A program made the translations under genes and the position numbers. Shown piece after piece: positions 16,601 to 31,600 of a DNA stretch of 64,000 bases; positions within the stretch are counted from its first letter, which is position 1; every line of letters begins with the position of its first letter. Under the pieces are notes generated by a model. That model had not been told where the DNA came from. It did no database searches and was given only the letters and a program-made list of their open reading frames with translations. The DNA comes from Auanema rhodensis (lineage: Eukaryota; Animalia; Nematoda), in the NCBI GenBank assembly GCA_964057225.1, contig OZ059899.1:4402001-4466000 (forward strand). The letters are read 5' to 3'.

Positions 16601-19600
16601 CGTGTTATCAGATTTGCGCTAGCTTAAAAATGCACCGAGATATCAACTGATATAAGTTCACACTTACATTCTCGATTTTCACCCTGAAGAATGAATTTTT
16701 TCGTTGAATAACATTGTCCATCGTCTTTGCCTTGAAAAAAGGAATCTAAAAACATCTACTTTTTGCTAAATTATTTTGAAATTTTTCAAAAAAATTTTTG
16801 TCAAAATGTTTTTGGAAGCAATGTTGAGTGTACATGGAAACTCAACATACACTAATGCATCATTTTTCAAACGATCATAACTAATTTTTGTATTAAGCGT
16901 TTCTCAATGTAGTATAGTGCATTCGATGCGGATTTTTAAGCTGCGTCGATCCGTGTTATCAGATTTGCGCTAGCTTAAAAATGCACCGAGATATCAACTG
17001 ATATAAGTTCACACTTACATTCTCGATTTTCACCCTGAAGAATCAATTTTTTCGTTGAATAACATTGTCCATCGTCTTTGCCTTGAAAAAAGGAATCTAA
17101 AAACATCTACTTTTTGCTAAATTATTTTGAAATTTTCCGAAAAAATTTTTGTCAAAATGTTTTTGGAAGCAATGTTGAGTGTACATGGAAACTCAACATA
17201 CACTAATGCATCATTTTTCAAACGATCATAACTGATTTTTGTATTAAGCGTTTCTCAATGTAGTATAGTGCATTCGATGCGGATTTTTAAGCTGCGTCGA
17301 TCTATGTTATCAGATTTGCGCTAGCTTAAAAATGCACCGAGATATCAACTGATATAAGTTCACACTTACATTCTCGATTTTCACCCTGAAGAATGAATTT
17401 TTTCGTTGAATAACATTGTTCATCGTCTTTGCCTTGAAAAAAGGAATCTAAAAACATCTACTTTTTGCTAAATTATTTTGAAATTTTTCAAAAAAATTTT
17501 TGTCAAAATGTTTTTGGAAGCAATGTTGAGTGTACATGGAAACTCAACATACACTAATGCATCATTTTTCAAACGATCATAACTAATTTTTGTATTAAGC
17601 GTTTCTCAATGTAGTATAGTGCATTCGATGCGGATTTTTAAGCTGCGTCGATCCGTGTTATCAGATTTGCGCTAGCTTAAAAATGCACCGAGATATCAAC
17701 TGATATAAGTTCACACTTACATTCTCGATTTTCACCCTGAAGAATCAATTTTTTCGTTGAATAACATTGTCCATCGTCTTTGCCTTGAAAAAAGGAATCT
17801 AAAAACATCTACTTTTTGCTAAATTATTTTGAAATTTTCCGAAAAAATTTTTGTCAAAATGTTTTTGGAAGCAATGTTGAGTGTACATGGAAACTCAACA
17901 TACACTAATGCATCATTTTTCAAACGATCATAACTGATTTTTGTATTAAGCGTTTCTCAATGTAGTATAGTGCATTCGATGCGGATTTTTAAGCTGCGTC
18001 GATCTATGTTATCAGATTTGCGCTAGCTTAAAAATGCACCGAGATATCAACTGATATAAGTTTACACATATATCCTCGATTTTCACCCTGAAGAATGAAT
18101 TTTTTCGTTGAATAACATTGTCCATCGTCTTTGCCTTGAAAAAAGGAATCTAAAAACATCTACTTTTTGCTAAATTATTTTGAAATTTTTCAAAAAAATT
18201 TTTGTCAAAATGTTTTTGGAAGCAATGTTGAGTGTACATGGAAACTCAACATACACTAATGCATCATTTTTCAAACGATCATAACTAATTTTTGTATAAA
18301 GCGTTTCTCAATGTAGTATAGTGCATTCGATGCGGATTTTTAAGCTGCGTCGATCTATGTTATCAGATTTGCGCTAGCTTAAAAATGCACCGAGATATCA
18401 ACTGATATAAGTTTACACATATATCCTCGATTTTCACCCTGAAGAATGAATTTTTTCGTTGAATAACATTGTCCATCGTCTTTGCCTTGAAAAAAGGAAT
18501 CTAAAAACATCTACTTTTTGCTAAATTATTTTGAAATTTTTCGAAAAAATTTTTGTCAAAATGTTTTTGGAAGCAATGTTGAGTGTACATGGAAACTCAA
18601 CATACACTAATGCATCATTTTTCAAACGATCATAACTAATTTTTGTATTAAGCGTTTCTCAATGTAGTATAGTGCATTCGATGCGGATTTTTAAGCTGCG
18701 TCGATCTGTGTTATCAGATTTGCGCTAGCTTAAAAATGCACCGAGATATCAACTGATATAAATTCACACATATATCCTCGATTTTCACCCTGAAGAATTA
18801 ATTTTTTCGTTGAATAACATTGTCCATCGTCTTTGCCTTGAAAAAAGAAATCTAAAAACATATACTTTTTGCTAAATTATTTTGAAATTTTCCGAAAAAA
18901 TTTTTGTCAAAATGTTTTTGGAAGCAATGTTGAGTGTACATGGAAACTCAACATACACTAATGCATCATTTTTCAAACGATCATAACTGATTTTTGTATT
19001 AAGCGTTTCTCAATGTAGTATAGTGCATTCGATGCGGATTTTCAAGCTGCGTCGATCTGTGTTATCAGATTTGCGCTAGCTTAAAAATGCACCGAGATAT
19101 CAACTGATATAAGTTCACACTTGTATCCTCGATTTTCACCCTGAACAATTATTTTTTTCGTTGAATAACATTGTCCATCGTCTTTGCCTTGAAAAAAAGA
19201 AATCTAAAAACATCTACTTTTTGCTAAATTATTTTGAAATTTTCCGAAAAAATTTTTGTCAAAATGTTTTTGGAAGCAATGTTGAGTGTACATGGAAACT
19301 CAACATACACTAATGCATCATTTTTCAAACGATCATAACTGATTTTGTATTAAGCGTTTCTCAATGTAGTATAGTGCATTCGATGCGGATTTTTAAGCTG
19401 CGTCGATCCGTGTTATCAGATTTGCGCTAGCTTAAAAATGCACCGAGATATCAACAGATATATGTTCACACTTATATCCTCGATTTTCACCCTGAAGAAT
19501 TAATTTTTTCGTTGAAAAATATTGTCCATCGTCTTTGCCTTGAAAAAAGGAATCTAAAAACATCTACTTTTTGCTAAATTATTTTGAAATTTTTTGAAAA

Positions 19601-22600
19601 AATTTTTGTCAAAATGTTTTTGGAAGCAATGTTGAGTGTACATGGAAACTCAACATACACTAATGCATCATTTTTCAAACGATCATAACTGATTTTTGTA
19701 TTAAGCGTTTCTCAATGTAGTATAAGGCATTCGATGCGGATTTTTAAGCTGCGTCGATCTGTGTTATCAGATTTGCGCTAGCTTAAAAATGCACCGAGAT
19801 ATCAACTGATATAAATTCACACATATATCCTCGATTTTCACCCTGAAGAATTAATTTTTTCGTTGAATAACATTGTCCATCGTCTTTGCCTTGAAAAAAG
19901 AAATCTAAAAACATCTACTTTTTGCTAAATTATTTTGAAATTTTCCGAAAAAATTTTTGTCAAAATGTTTTTGGAAGCAATGTTGAGTGTACATGGAAAC
20001 TCAACATACACTAATGCATCATTTTTCAAACGATCATAACTAATTTTTGTATTAAGCGTTTCTCAATGTAGTATAGTGCATTCGATGCGGATTTTCAAGC
20101 TGCGTCGATCTGTGTTATCAGATTTGCGCTAGCTTAAAAATGCACCGAGATATCAACTGATATAAGTTCACACTTGTATCCTCGATTTTCACCCTGAACA
20201 ATTATTTTTTTCGTTGAATAACATTGTCCATCGTCTTTGCCTTGAAAAAAAGAAATCTAAAAACATCTACTTTTTGCTAAATTATTTTGAAATTTTCCGA
20301 AAAAATTTTTGTCAAAATGTTTTTGGAAGCAATGTTGAGTGTACATGGAAACTCAACATACACTAATGCATCATTTTTCAAACGATCATAACTGATTTTG
20401 TATTAAGCGTTTCTCAATGTAGTATAGTGCATTCGATGCGGATTTTTAAGCTGCGTCGATCCGTGTTATCAGATTTGCGCTAGCTTAAAAATGCACCGAG
20501 ATATCAACAGATATATGTTCACACTTATATCCTCGATTTTCACCCTGAAGAATTAATTTTTTCGTTGAAAAATATTGTCCATCGTCTTTGCCTTGAAAAA
20601 AGGAATCTAAAAACATCTACTTTTTGCTAAATTATTTTGAAATTTTTTGAAAAAATTTTTGTCAAAATGTTTTTGGAAGCAATGTTGAGTGTACATGGAA
20701 ACTCAACATACACTAATGCATCATTTTTCAAACGATCATAACTGATTTTTGTATTAAGCGTTTCTCAATGTAGTATAAGGCATTCGATGCGGATTTTTAA
20801 GCTGCGTCGATCTATGTTATCAGATTTGCGCTAGCTTAAAAATGCACCGAGATATCAACTGATATAAGTTTACACATATATCCTCGATTTTCACCCTGAA
20901 GAATGAATTTTTTCGTTGAATAACATTGTCCATCGTCTTTGCCTTGAAAAAAGGAATCTAAAAACATCTACTTTTTGCTAAATTATTTTGAAATTTTTCG
21001 AAAAAATTTTTGTCAAAATGTTTTTGGAAGCAATGTTGAGTGTACATGGAAACTCAACATACACTAATGCATCATTTTTCAAACGATCATAACTAATTTT
21101 TGTATTAAGCGTTTCTCAATGTAGTATAGTGCATTCGATGCGGATTTTTAAGCTGCGTCGATCTGTGTTATCAGATTTGCGCTAGCTTAAAAATGCACCG
21201 AGATATCAACTGATATAAGTTCACACTTATATTCTCGATTTTCACCCTGAAGAATTAATTTTTTCGTTGAATAACATTATCCATCGTCTTTGCCTTGAAA
21301 AAAGAAATCTAAAAACATCTACTTTTTGCTAAATTATTTTGAAATTTTTCGAAAAAATTTTTGTCAAAATGTTTTTGGAAGCAATGTTGAGTGTACATGG
21401 AAACTCAACATACACTAATGCATCATTTTTCAAACGATCATAACTGATTTTGTATTAAGCGTTTCTCAATGTAGTATAGTGCATTCGATGCGGATTTTTA
21501 AGCTGCGTCGATCCGTGTTATCAGATTTGCGCTAGCTTAAAAATGCACCGAGATATCAACAGATATATGTTCACACTTATATCCTCGATTTTCACCCTGA
21601 AGAATTAATTTTTTCGTTGAAAAATATTGTCCATCGTCTTTGCCTTGAAAAAAGGAATCTAAAAACATCTACTTTTTGCTAAATTATTTTGAAATTTTTT
21701 GAAAAAATTTTTGTCAAAATGTTTTTGGAAGCAATGTTGAGTGTACATGGAAACTCAACATACACTAATGCATCATTTTTCAAACGATCATAACTGATTT
21801 TTGTATTAAGCGTTTCTCAATGTAGTATAAGGCATTCGATGCGGATTTTTAAGCTGCGTCGATCTATGTTATCAGATTTGCGCTAGCTTAAAAATGCACC
21901 GAGATATCAACTGATATAAGTTTACACATATATCCTCGATTTTCACCCTGAAGAATGAATTTTTTCGTTGAATAACATTGTCCATCGTCTTTGCCTTGAA
22001 AAAAGGAATCTAAAAACATCTACTTTTTGCTAAATTATTTTGAAATTTTTCGAAAAAATTTTTGTCAAAATGTTTTTGGAAGCAATGTTGAGTGTACATG
22101 GAAACTCAACATACACTAATGCATCATTTTTCAAACGATCATAACTAATTTTTGTATTAAGCGTTTCTCAATGTAGTATAGTGCATTCGATGCGGATTTT
22201 TAAGCTGCGTCGATCTGTGTTATCAGATTTGCGCTAGCTTAAAAATGCACCGAGATATCAACTGATATAAGTTCACACTTATATTCTCGATTTTCACCCT
22301 GAAGAATTAATTTTTTCGTTGAATAACATTATCCATCGTCTTTGCCTTGAAAAAAGAAATCTAAAAACATCTACTTTTTGCTAAATTATTTTGAAATTTT
22401 TCAAAAAAATTTTTGTCAAAATGGTTTTGGAAGCAATGTTGAGTGTACATGGAAACTCAACATACACTAATGCATCATTTTTCAAACGATCATAACTGAT
22501 TTTTGTATTAAGCGTTTCTCAATGTAGTATAGTGCATTCGATGCGGATTTTTAAGCTGCGTCGATCCGTGTTATCAGATTTGCGCTAGCTTAAAAATGCA

Positions 22601-25600
22601 CCGAGATATCAACTGATATAAGTTCACACTTACATTCTCGATTTTCACCCTGAAGAATTAATTTTTTCGTTGAATAACATTGTCCATCGTCTTTGCCTTG
22701 AAAAAAGGAATCTAAAAACATCTACTTTTTGCTAAATTATTTTGAAATTTTTCAAAAAAATTTTTGTCAAAATGTTTTTGAAGCAATGTTGAGTGTACAT
22801 GGAAACTCAACATACACTAATGCATCATTTTTCAAACGATCATAACTAATTTTTGTATTAAGCGTTTCTCAATGTAGTATAGTGCATTCGATGCGGATTT
22901 TTAAGCTGCGTCGATCTGTGTTATCAGATTTGCGCTAGCTTAAAAATGCACCGAGATATCAACTGATATAAATTCACACATATATCCTCGATTTTCACCC
23001 TGAAGAATTAATTTTTTCGTTGAATAACATTGTCCATCGTCTTTGCCTTGAAAAAAGGAATCTAAAAACATCTACTTTTTGCTAAATTATTTTGAAATTT
23101 TTCGAAAAAATTTTTGTCAAAATGTTTTTGGAAGCAATGTTGAGTGTACATGGAAACTCAACATACACTAATGCATCATTTTTCAAACGATCATAACTGA
23201 TTTTTGTATTAAGCGTTTCTCAATGTAGTATAGTGCATTCGATGCGGATTTTCAAGCTGCGTCGATCTGTGTTATCAGATTTGCGCTAGCTTAAAAATGC
23301 ACCGAGATATCAACTGATATAAGTTCACACTTGTATCCTCGATTTTCACCCTGAAGAATTAATTTTTTCGTTGAAAAATATTGTCCATCGTCTTTGCCTT
23401 GAAAAAAGGAATCTAAAAACATCTACTTTTTGCTAAATTATTTTGAAATTTTTTGAAAAATTTTTTGTCAAAATGTTTTTGGAAGCAATGTTGAGTGTAC
23501 ATGGAAACTCAACATACACTAATGCATCATTTTTCAAACGATCATAACTAATTTTTGTATTAAGCGTTTCTCAATGTAGTATAGTGCATTCGATGCGGAT
23601 TTTTAAGCTGCGTCGATCCGTGTTATCAGATTTGCGCTAGCTTAAAAATGCACCGAGATATCAACTGATATAAGTTCACACTTACATTCTCGATTTTCAC
23701 CCTGAAGAATCAATTTTTTCGTTGAATAACATTGTCCATCGTCTTTGCCTTGAAAAAAGGAATCTAAAAACATCTACTTTTTGCTAAATTATTTTGAAAT
23801 TTTTCAAAAAAATTTTTGTCAAAATGTTTTTGGAAGCAATGTTGAGTGTACATGGAAACTCAACATACACTAATGCATCATTTTTCAAACGATCATAACT
23901 GATTTTTGTATTAAGCGTTTCTCAATGTAGTATAGTGCATTCGATGCGGATTTTTAAGCTGCGTCGATCTATGTTATCAGATTTGCGCTAGCTTAAAAAT
24001 GCACCGAGATATCAACTGATATAAGTTTACACATATATCCTCGATTTTCACCCTGAAGAATGAATTTTTTCGTTGAATAACATTGTCCATCGTCTTTGCC
24101 TTGAAAAAAGGAATCTAAAAACATCTACTTTTTGCTAAATTATTTTGAAATTTTTCAAAAAAATTTTTGTCAAAATGTTTTTGGAAGCAATGTTGAGTGT
24201 ACATGGAAACTCAACATACACTAATGCATCATTTTTCAAACGATCATAACTAATTTTTGTATAAAGCGTTTCTCAATGTAGTATAGTGCATTCGATGCGG
24301 ATTTTTAAGCTGCGTCGATCTATGTTATCAGATTTGCGCTAGCTTAAAAATGCACCGAGATATCAACTGATATAAGTTTACACATATATCCTCGATTTTC
24401 ACCCTGAAGAATGAATTTTTTCGTTGAATAACATTGTCCATCGTCTTTGCCTTGAAAAAAGGAATCTAAAAACATCTACTTTTTGCTAAATTATTTTGAA
24501 ATTTTTCGAAAAAATTTTTGTCAAAATGTTTTTGGAAGCAATGTTGAGTGTACATGGAAACTCAACATACACTAATGCATCATTTTTCAAACGATCATAA
24601 CTAATTTTTGTATTAAGCGTTTCTCAATGTAGTATAGTGCATTCGATGCGGATTTTTAAGCTGCGTCGATCTGTGTTATCAGATTTGCGCTAGCTTAAAA
24701 ATGCACCGAGATATCAACTGATATAAGTTCACACTTATATTCTCGATTTTCACCCTGAAGAATTAATTTTTTCGTTGAATAACATTATCCATCGTCTTTG
24801 CCTTGAAAAAAGAAATCTAAAAACATCTACTTTTTGCTAAATTATTTTGAAATTTTTCAAAAAAATTTTTGTCAAAATGTTTTTGGAAGCAATGTTGAGT
24901 GTACATGGAAACTCAACATACACTAATGCATCATTTTTCAAACGATCATAACTGATTTTTGTATTAAGCGTTTCTCAATGTAGTATAGTGCATTCGATGC
25001 GGATTTTTAAGCTGCGTCGATCCGTGTTATCAGATTTGCGCTAGCTTAAAAATGCACCGAGATATCAACTGATATAAGTTCACACTTACATTCTCGATTT
25101 TCACCCTGAAGAATTAATTTTTTCGTTGAATAACATTGTCCATCGTCTTTGCCTTGAAAAAAGGAATCTAAAAACATCTACTTTTTGCTAAATTATTTTG
25201 AAATTTTTCAAAAAAATTTTTGTCAAAATGTTTTTGGAAGCAATGTTGAGTGTACATGGAAACTCAACATACACTAATGCATCATTTTTCAAACGATCAT
25301 AACTAATTTTTGTATTAAGCGTTTCTCAATGTAGTATAGTGCATTCGATGCGGATTTTTAAGCTGCGTCGATCTGTGTTATCAGATTTGCGCTAGCTTAA
25401 AAATGCACCGAGATATCAACTGATATAAATTCACACATATATCCTCGATTTTCACCCTGAAGAATTAATTTTTTCGTTGAATAACATTGTCCATCGTCTT
25501 TGCCTTGAAAAAAGAAATCTAAAAACATCTACTTTTTGCTAAATTATTTTGAAATTTTCCGAAAAAATTTTTGTCAAAATGTTTTTGGAAGCAATGTTGA

Positions 25601-28600
25601 GTGTACATGGAAACTCAACATACACTAATGCATCATTTTTCAAACGATCATAACTGATTTTTGTATTAAGCGTTTCTCAATGTAGTATAGTGCATTCGAT
25701 GCGGATTTTCAAGCTGCGTCGATCTGTGTTATCAGATTTGCGCTAGCTTAAAAATGCACCGAGATATCAACTGATATAAGTTCACACTTGTATCCTCGAT
25801 TTTCACCCTGAACAATTATTTTTTTCGTTGAATAACATTGTCCATCGTCTTTGCCTTGAAAAAAAGAAATCTAAAAACATCTACTTTTTGCTAAATTATT
25901 TTGAAATTTTCCGAAAAAATTTTTGTCAAAATGTTTTTGGAAGCAATGTTGAGTGTACATGGAAACTCAACATACACTAATGCATCATTTTTCAAACGAT
26001 CATAACTGATTTTGTATTAAGCGTTTCTCAATGTAGTATAGTGCATTCGATGCGGATTTTTAAGCTGCGTCGATCCGTGTTATCAGATTTGCGCTAGCTT
26101 AAAAATGCACCGAGATATCAACAGATATATGTTCACACTTATATCCTCGATTTTCACCCTGAAGAATTAATTTTTTCGTTGAAAAATATTGTCCATCGTC
26201 TTTGCCTTAAAAAAAGGAATCTAAAAACATCTACTTTTTGCTAAATTATTTTGAAATTTTTTGAAAAAATTTTTGTCAAAATGTTTTTGGAAGCAATGTT
26301 GAGTGTACATGGAAACTCAACATACACTAATGCATCATTTTTCAAACGATCATAACTGATTTTTGTATTAAGCGTTTCTCAATGTAGTATAAGGCATTCG
26401 ATGCGGATTTTTAAGCTGCGTCGATCTATGTTATCAGATTTGCGCTAGCTTAAAAATGCACCGAGATATCAACTGATATAAGTTTACACATATATCCTCG
26501 ATTTTCACCCTGAAGAATGAATTTTTTCGTTGAATAACATTGTCCATCGTCTTTGCCTTAAAAAAAGGAATCTAAAAACATCTACTTTTTGCTAAATTAT
26601 TTTGAAATTTTTCGAAAAAATTTTTGTCAAAATGTTTTTGGAAGCAATGTTGAGTGTACATGGAAACTCAACATACACTAATGCATCATTTTTCAAACGA
26701 TCATAACTAATTTTTGTATTAAGCGTTTCTCAATGTAGTATAGTGCATTCGATGCGGATTTTTAAGCTGCGTCGATCTGTGTTATCAGATTTGCGCTAGC
26801 TTAAAAATGCACCGAGATATCAATTGATATAAGTTCACACTTATATTCTCGATTTTCACCCTGAAGAATTAATTTTTTCGTTGAATAACATTGTCCATCG
26901 TCTTTGCCTTGAAAAAAGAAATCTAAAAACATCTACTTTTTGCTAAATTATTTTGAAATTTTTCAAAAAAATTTTTGTCAAAATGTTTTTGGAAGCAATG
27001 TTGAGTGTACATGGAAACTCAACATACACTAATGCATCATTTTTCAAACGATCATAACTGATTTTTGTATTAAGCGTTTCTCAATGTAGTATAGTGCATT
27101 CGATGCGGATTTTTAAGCTGCGTCGATCCGTGTTATCAGATTTGCGCTAGCTTAAAAATGCACCGAGATATCAACTGATATAAGTTCACACTTACATTCT
27201 CGATTTTCACCCTGAAGAATTAATTTTTTCGTTGAATAACATTGTCCATCGTCTTTGCCTTGAAAAAAGGAATCTAAAAACATCTACTTTTTGCTAAATT
27301 ATTTTGAAATTTTTCAAAAAAATTTTTGTCAAAATGTTTTTGGAAGCAATGTTGAGTGTACATGGAAACTCAACATACACTAATGCATCATTTTTCAAAC
27401 GATCATAACTAATTTTTGTATTAAGCGTTTCTCAATGTAGTATAGTGCATTCGATGCGGATTTTTAAGCTGCGTCGATCCGTGTTATCAGATTTGCGCTA
27501 GCTTAAAAATGCACCGAGATATCAACTGATATAAGTTCACACTTACATTCTCGATTTTCACCCTGAAGAATCACTTTTTCGTTGAATAACATTGTCCATC
27601 GTCTTTGCCTTGAAAAAAGGAATCTAAAAACATCTACTTTTTGCTAAATTATTTTGAAATTTTCCGAAAAAATTTTTGTCAAAATGTTTTTGGAAGCAAT
27701 GTTGAGTGTACATGGAAAATCAACATACACTAATGCATCATTTTTCAAACGATCATAACTGATTTTTGTATTAAGCGTTTCTCAATGTAGTATAAGGCAT
27801 TCGATGCGGATTTTTAAGCTGCGTCGATCTATGTTATCAGATTTGCGCTAGCTTAAAAATGCACCGAGATATCAACTGATATAAGTTTACACATATATCC
27901 TCGATTTTCACCCTGAAGAATGAATTTTTTCGTTGAATAACATTGTCCATCGTCTTTGCCTTGAAAAAAGGAATCTAAAAACATCTACTTTTTGCTAAAT
28001 TATTTTGAAATTTTTCGAAAAAATTTTTGTCAAAATGTTTTTGGAAGCAATGTTGAGTGTACATGGAAACTCAACATACACTAATGCATCATTTTTCAAA
28101 CGATCATAACTAATTTTTGTATTAAGCGTTTCTCAATGTAGTATAGTGCATTCGATGCGGATTTTTAAGCTGCGTCGATCTGTGTTATCAGATTTGCGCT
28201 AGCTTAAAAATGCACCGAGATATCAACTGATATAAGTTCACACTTATATTCTCGATTTTCACCCTGAAGAATTAATTTTTTCGTTGAATAACATTGTCCA
28301 TCGTCTTTGCCTTGAAAAAAGAAATCTAAAAACATCTACTTTTTGCTAAATTATTTTGAAATTTTTCAAAAAAATTTTTGTCAAAATGTTTTTGGAAGCA
28401 ATGTTGAGTGTACATGGAAACTCAACATACACTAATGCATCATTTTTCAAACGATCATAACTGATTTTTGTATTAAGCGTTTCTCAATGTAGTATAGTGC
28501 ATTCGATGCGGATTTTTAAGCTGCGTCGATCCGTGTTATCAGATTTGCGCTAGCTTAAAAATGCACCGAGATATCAACTGATATAAGTTCACACTTACAT

Positions 28601-31600
28601 TCTCGATTTTCACCCTGAAGAATTAATTTTTTCGTTGAATAACATTGTCCATCGTCTTTGCCTTGAAAAAAGGAATCTAAAAACATCTACTTTTTGCTAA
28701 ATTATTTTGAAATTTTTCAAAAAAATTTTTGTCAAAATGTTTTTGGAAGCAATGTTGAGTGTACATGGAAACTCAACATACACTAATGCATCATTTTTCA
28801 AACGATCATAACTAATTTTTGTATTAAGCGTTTCTCAATGTAGTATAGTGCATTCGATGCGGATTTTTAAGCTGCGTCGATCTATGTTATCAGATTTGCG
28901 CTAGCTTAAAAATGCACCGAGATATCAACTGATATAAGTTTACACATATATCCTCGATTTTCACCCTGAAGAATGAATTTTTTCGTTGAATAACATTGTC
29001 CATCGTCTTTGCCTTGAAAAAAGGAATCTAAAAACATCTACTTTTTGCTAAATTATTTTGAAATTTTTCAAAAAAATTTTTGTCAAAATGTTTTTGGAAG
29101 CAATGTTGAGTGTACATGGAAACTCAACATACACTAATGCATCATTTTTCAAACGATCATAACTAATTTTTGTATTAAGCGTTTCTCAATGTAGTATAGT
29201 GCATTCGATGCGGATTTTTAAGCTGCGTCGATCCGTGTTATCAGATTTGCGCTAGCTTAAAAATGCACCGAGATATCAACTGATATAAGTTCACACTTAC
29301 ATTCTCCATTTTCACCCTGAAGAATCAATTTTTTCGTTGAATAACATTGTCCATCGTCTTTGCCTTGAAAAAAGGAATCTAAAAACATCTACTTTTTGCT
29401 AAATTATTTTGAAATTTTTCAAAAAAATTTTTGTCAAAATGTTTTTGGAAGCAATGTTGAGTGTACATGGAAACTCAACATACACTAATGCATCATTTTT
29501 CAAACGATCATAACTAATTTTTGTATTAAGCGTTTCTCAATGTAGTATAGTGCATTCGATGCGGATTTTTAAGCTGCGTCGATCTATGTTATCAGATTTG
29601 CGCTAGCTTAAAAATGCACCGAGATATCAACTGATATAAGTTTACACATATATCCTCGATTTTCACCCTGAAGAATGAATTTTTTCGTTGAATAACATTG
29701 TCCATCGTCTTTGCCTTGAAAAAAGGAATCTAAAAACATCTACTTTTTGCTAAATTATTTTGAAATTTTTCAAAAAATTTTTTGTCAAAATGTTTTTGGA
29801 AGCAATGTTGAGTGTACATGGAAACTCAACATACACTAATGCATCATTTTTCAAACGATCATAACTAATTTTTGTATTAAGCGTTTCTCAATGTAGTATA
29901 GTGCATTCGATGCGGATTTTTAAGCTGCGTCGATCCGTGTTATCAGATTTGCGCTAGCTTAAAAATGCACCGAGATATCAACTGATATAAGTTCACACTT
30001 ACATTCTCGATTTTCACCCTGAAGAATCAATTTTTTCGTTGAATAACATTGTCCATCGTCTTTGCCTTGAAAAAAGGAATCTAAAAACATCTACTTTTTG
30101 CTAAATTATTTTGAAATTTTTCAAAAAAATTTTTGTCAAAATGTTTTTGGAAGCAATGTTGAGTGTACATGGAAACTCAACATACACTAATGCATCATTT
30201 TTCAAACGATCATAACTGAATTTTGTATTAAGCGTTTCTCAATGTAGTATAGTGCATTCGATGCGGATTTTTAAGCTGCGTCGATCTATGTTATCAGATT
30301 TGCGCTAGCTTAAAAATGCACCGAGATATCAACTGATATAAGTTTACACATATATCCTCGATTTTCACCCTGAAGAATGAATTTTTTCGTTGAATAACAT
30401 TGTCCATCGTCTTTGCCTTGAAAAAAGGAATCTAAAAACATCTACTTTTTGCTAAATTATTTTGAAATTTTTCGAAAAAATTTTTGTCAAAATGTTTTTG
30501 GAAGCAATGTTGAGTGTACATGGAAACTCAACATACACTAATGCATCATTTTTCAAACGATCATAACTGATTTTTGTATTAAGCGTTTCTCAATGTAGTA
30601 TAGTGCATTCGATGCGGATTTTTAAGCTGCGTCGATCCGTGTTATCAGATTTGCGCTAGCTTAAAAATGCACCGAGATATCAACTGATATAAGTTCACAC
30701 TTACATTCTCGATTTTCACCCTGAAGAATGAATTTTTTCGTTGAATAACATTGTCCATCGTCTTTGCCTTGAAAAAAGGAATCTAAAAACATCTACTTTT
30801 TGCTAAATTATTTTGAAATTTTTCAAAAAAATTTTTGTCAAAATGTTTTTGGAAGCAATGTTGAGTGTACATGGAAACTCAACATACACTAATGCATCAT
30901 TTTTCAAACGATCATAACTAATTTTTGTATTAAGCGTTTCTCAATGTAGTATAGTGCATTCGATGCGGATTTTTAAGCTGCGTCGATCCGTGTTATCAGA
31001 TTTGCGCTAGCTTAAAAATGCACCGAGATATCAACTGATATAAGTTCACACTTACATTCTCGATTTTCACCCTGAAGAATCAATTTTTTCGTTGAATAAC
31101 ATTGTCCATCGTCTTTGCCTTGAAAAAAGGAATCTAAAAACATCTACTTTTTGCTAAATTATTTTGAAATTTTCCGAAAAAATTTTTGTCAAAATGTTTT
31201 TGGAAGCAATGTTGAGTGTACATGGAAACTCAACATACACTAATGCATCATTTTTCAAACGATCATAACTGATTTTTGTATTAAGCGTTTCTCAATGTAG
31301 TATAGTGCATTCGATGCGGATTTTTAAGCTGCGTCGATCTATGTTATCAGATTTGCGCTAGCTTAAAAATGCACCGAGATATCAACTGATATAAGTTTAC
31401 ACATATATCCTCGATTTTCACCCTGAAGAATGAATTTTTTCGTTGAATAACATTGTCCATCGTCTTTGCCTTGAAAAAAGGAATCTAAAAACATCTACTT
31501 TTTGCTAAATTATTTTGAAATTTTTCAAAAAAATTTTTGTCAAAATGTTTTTGGAAGCAATGTTGAGTGTACATGGAAACTCAACATACACTAATGCATC

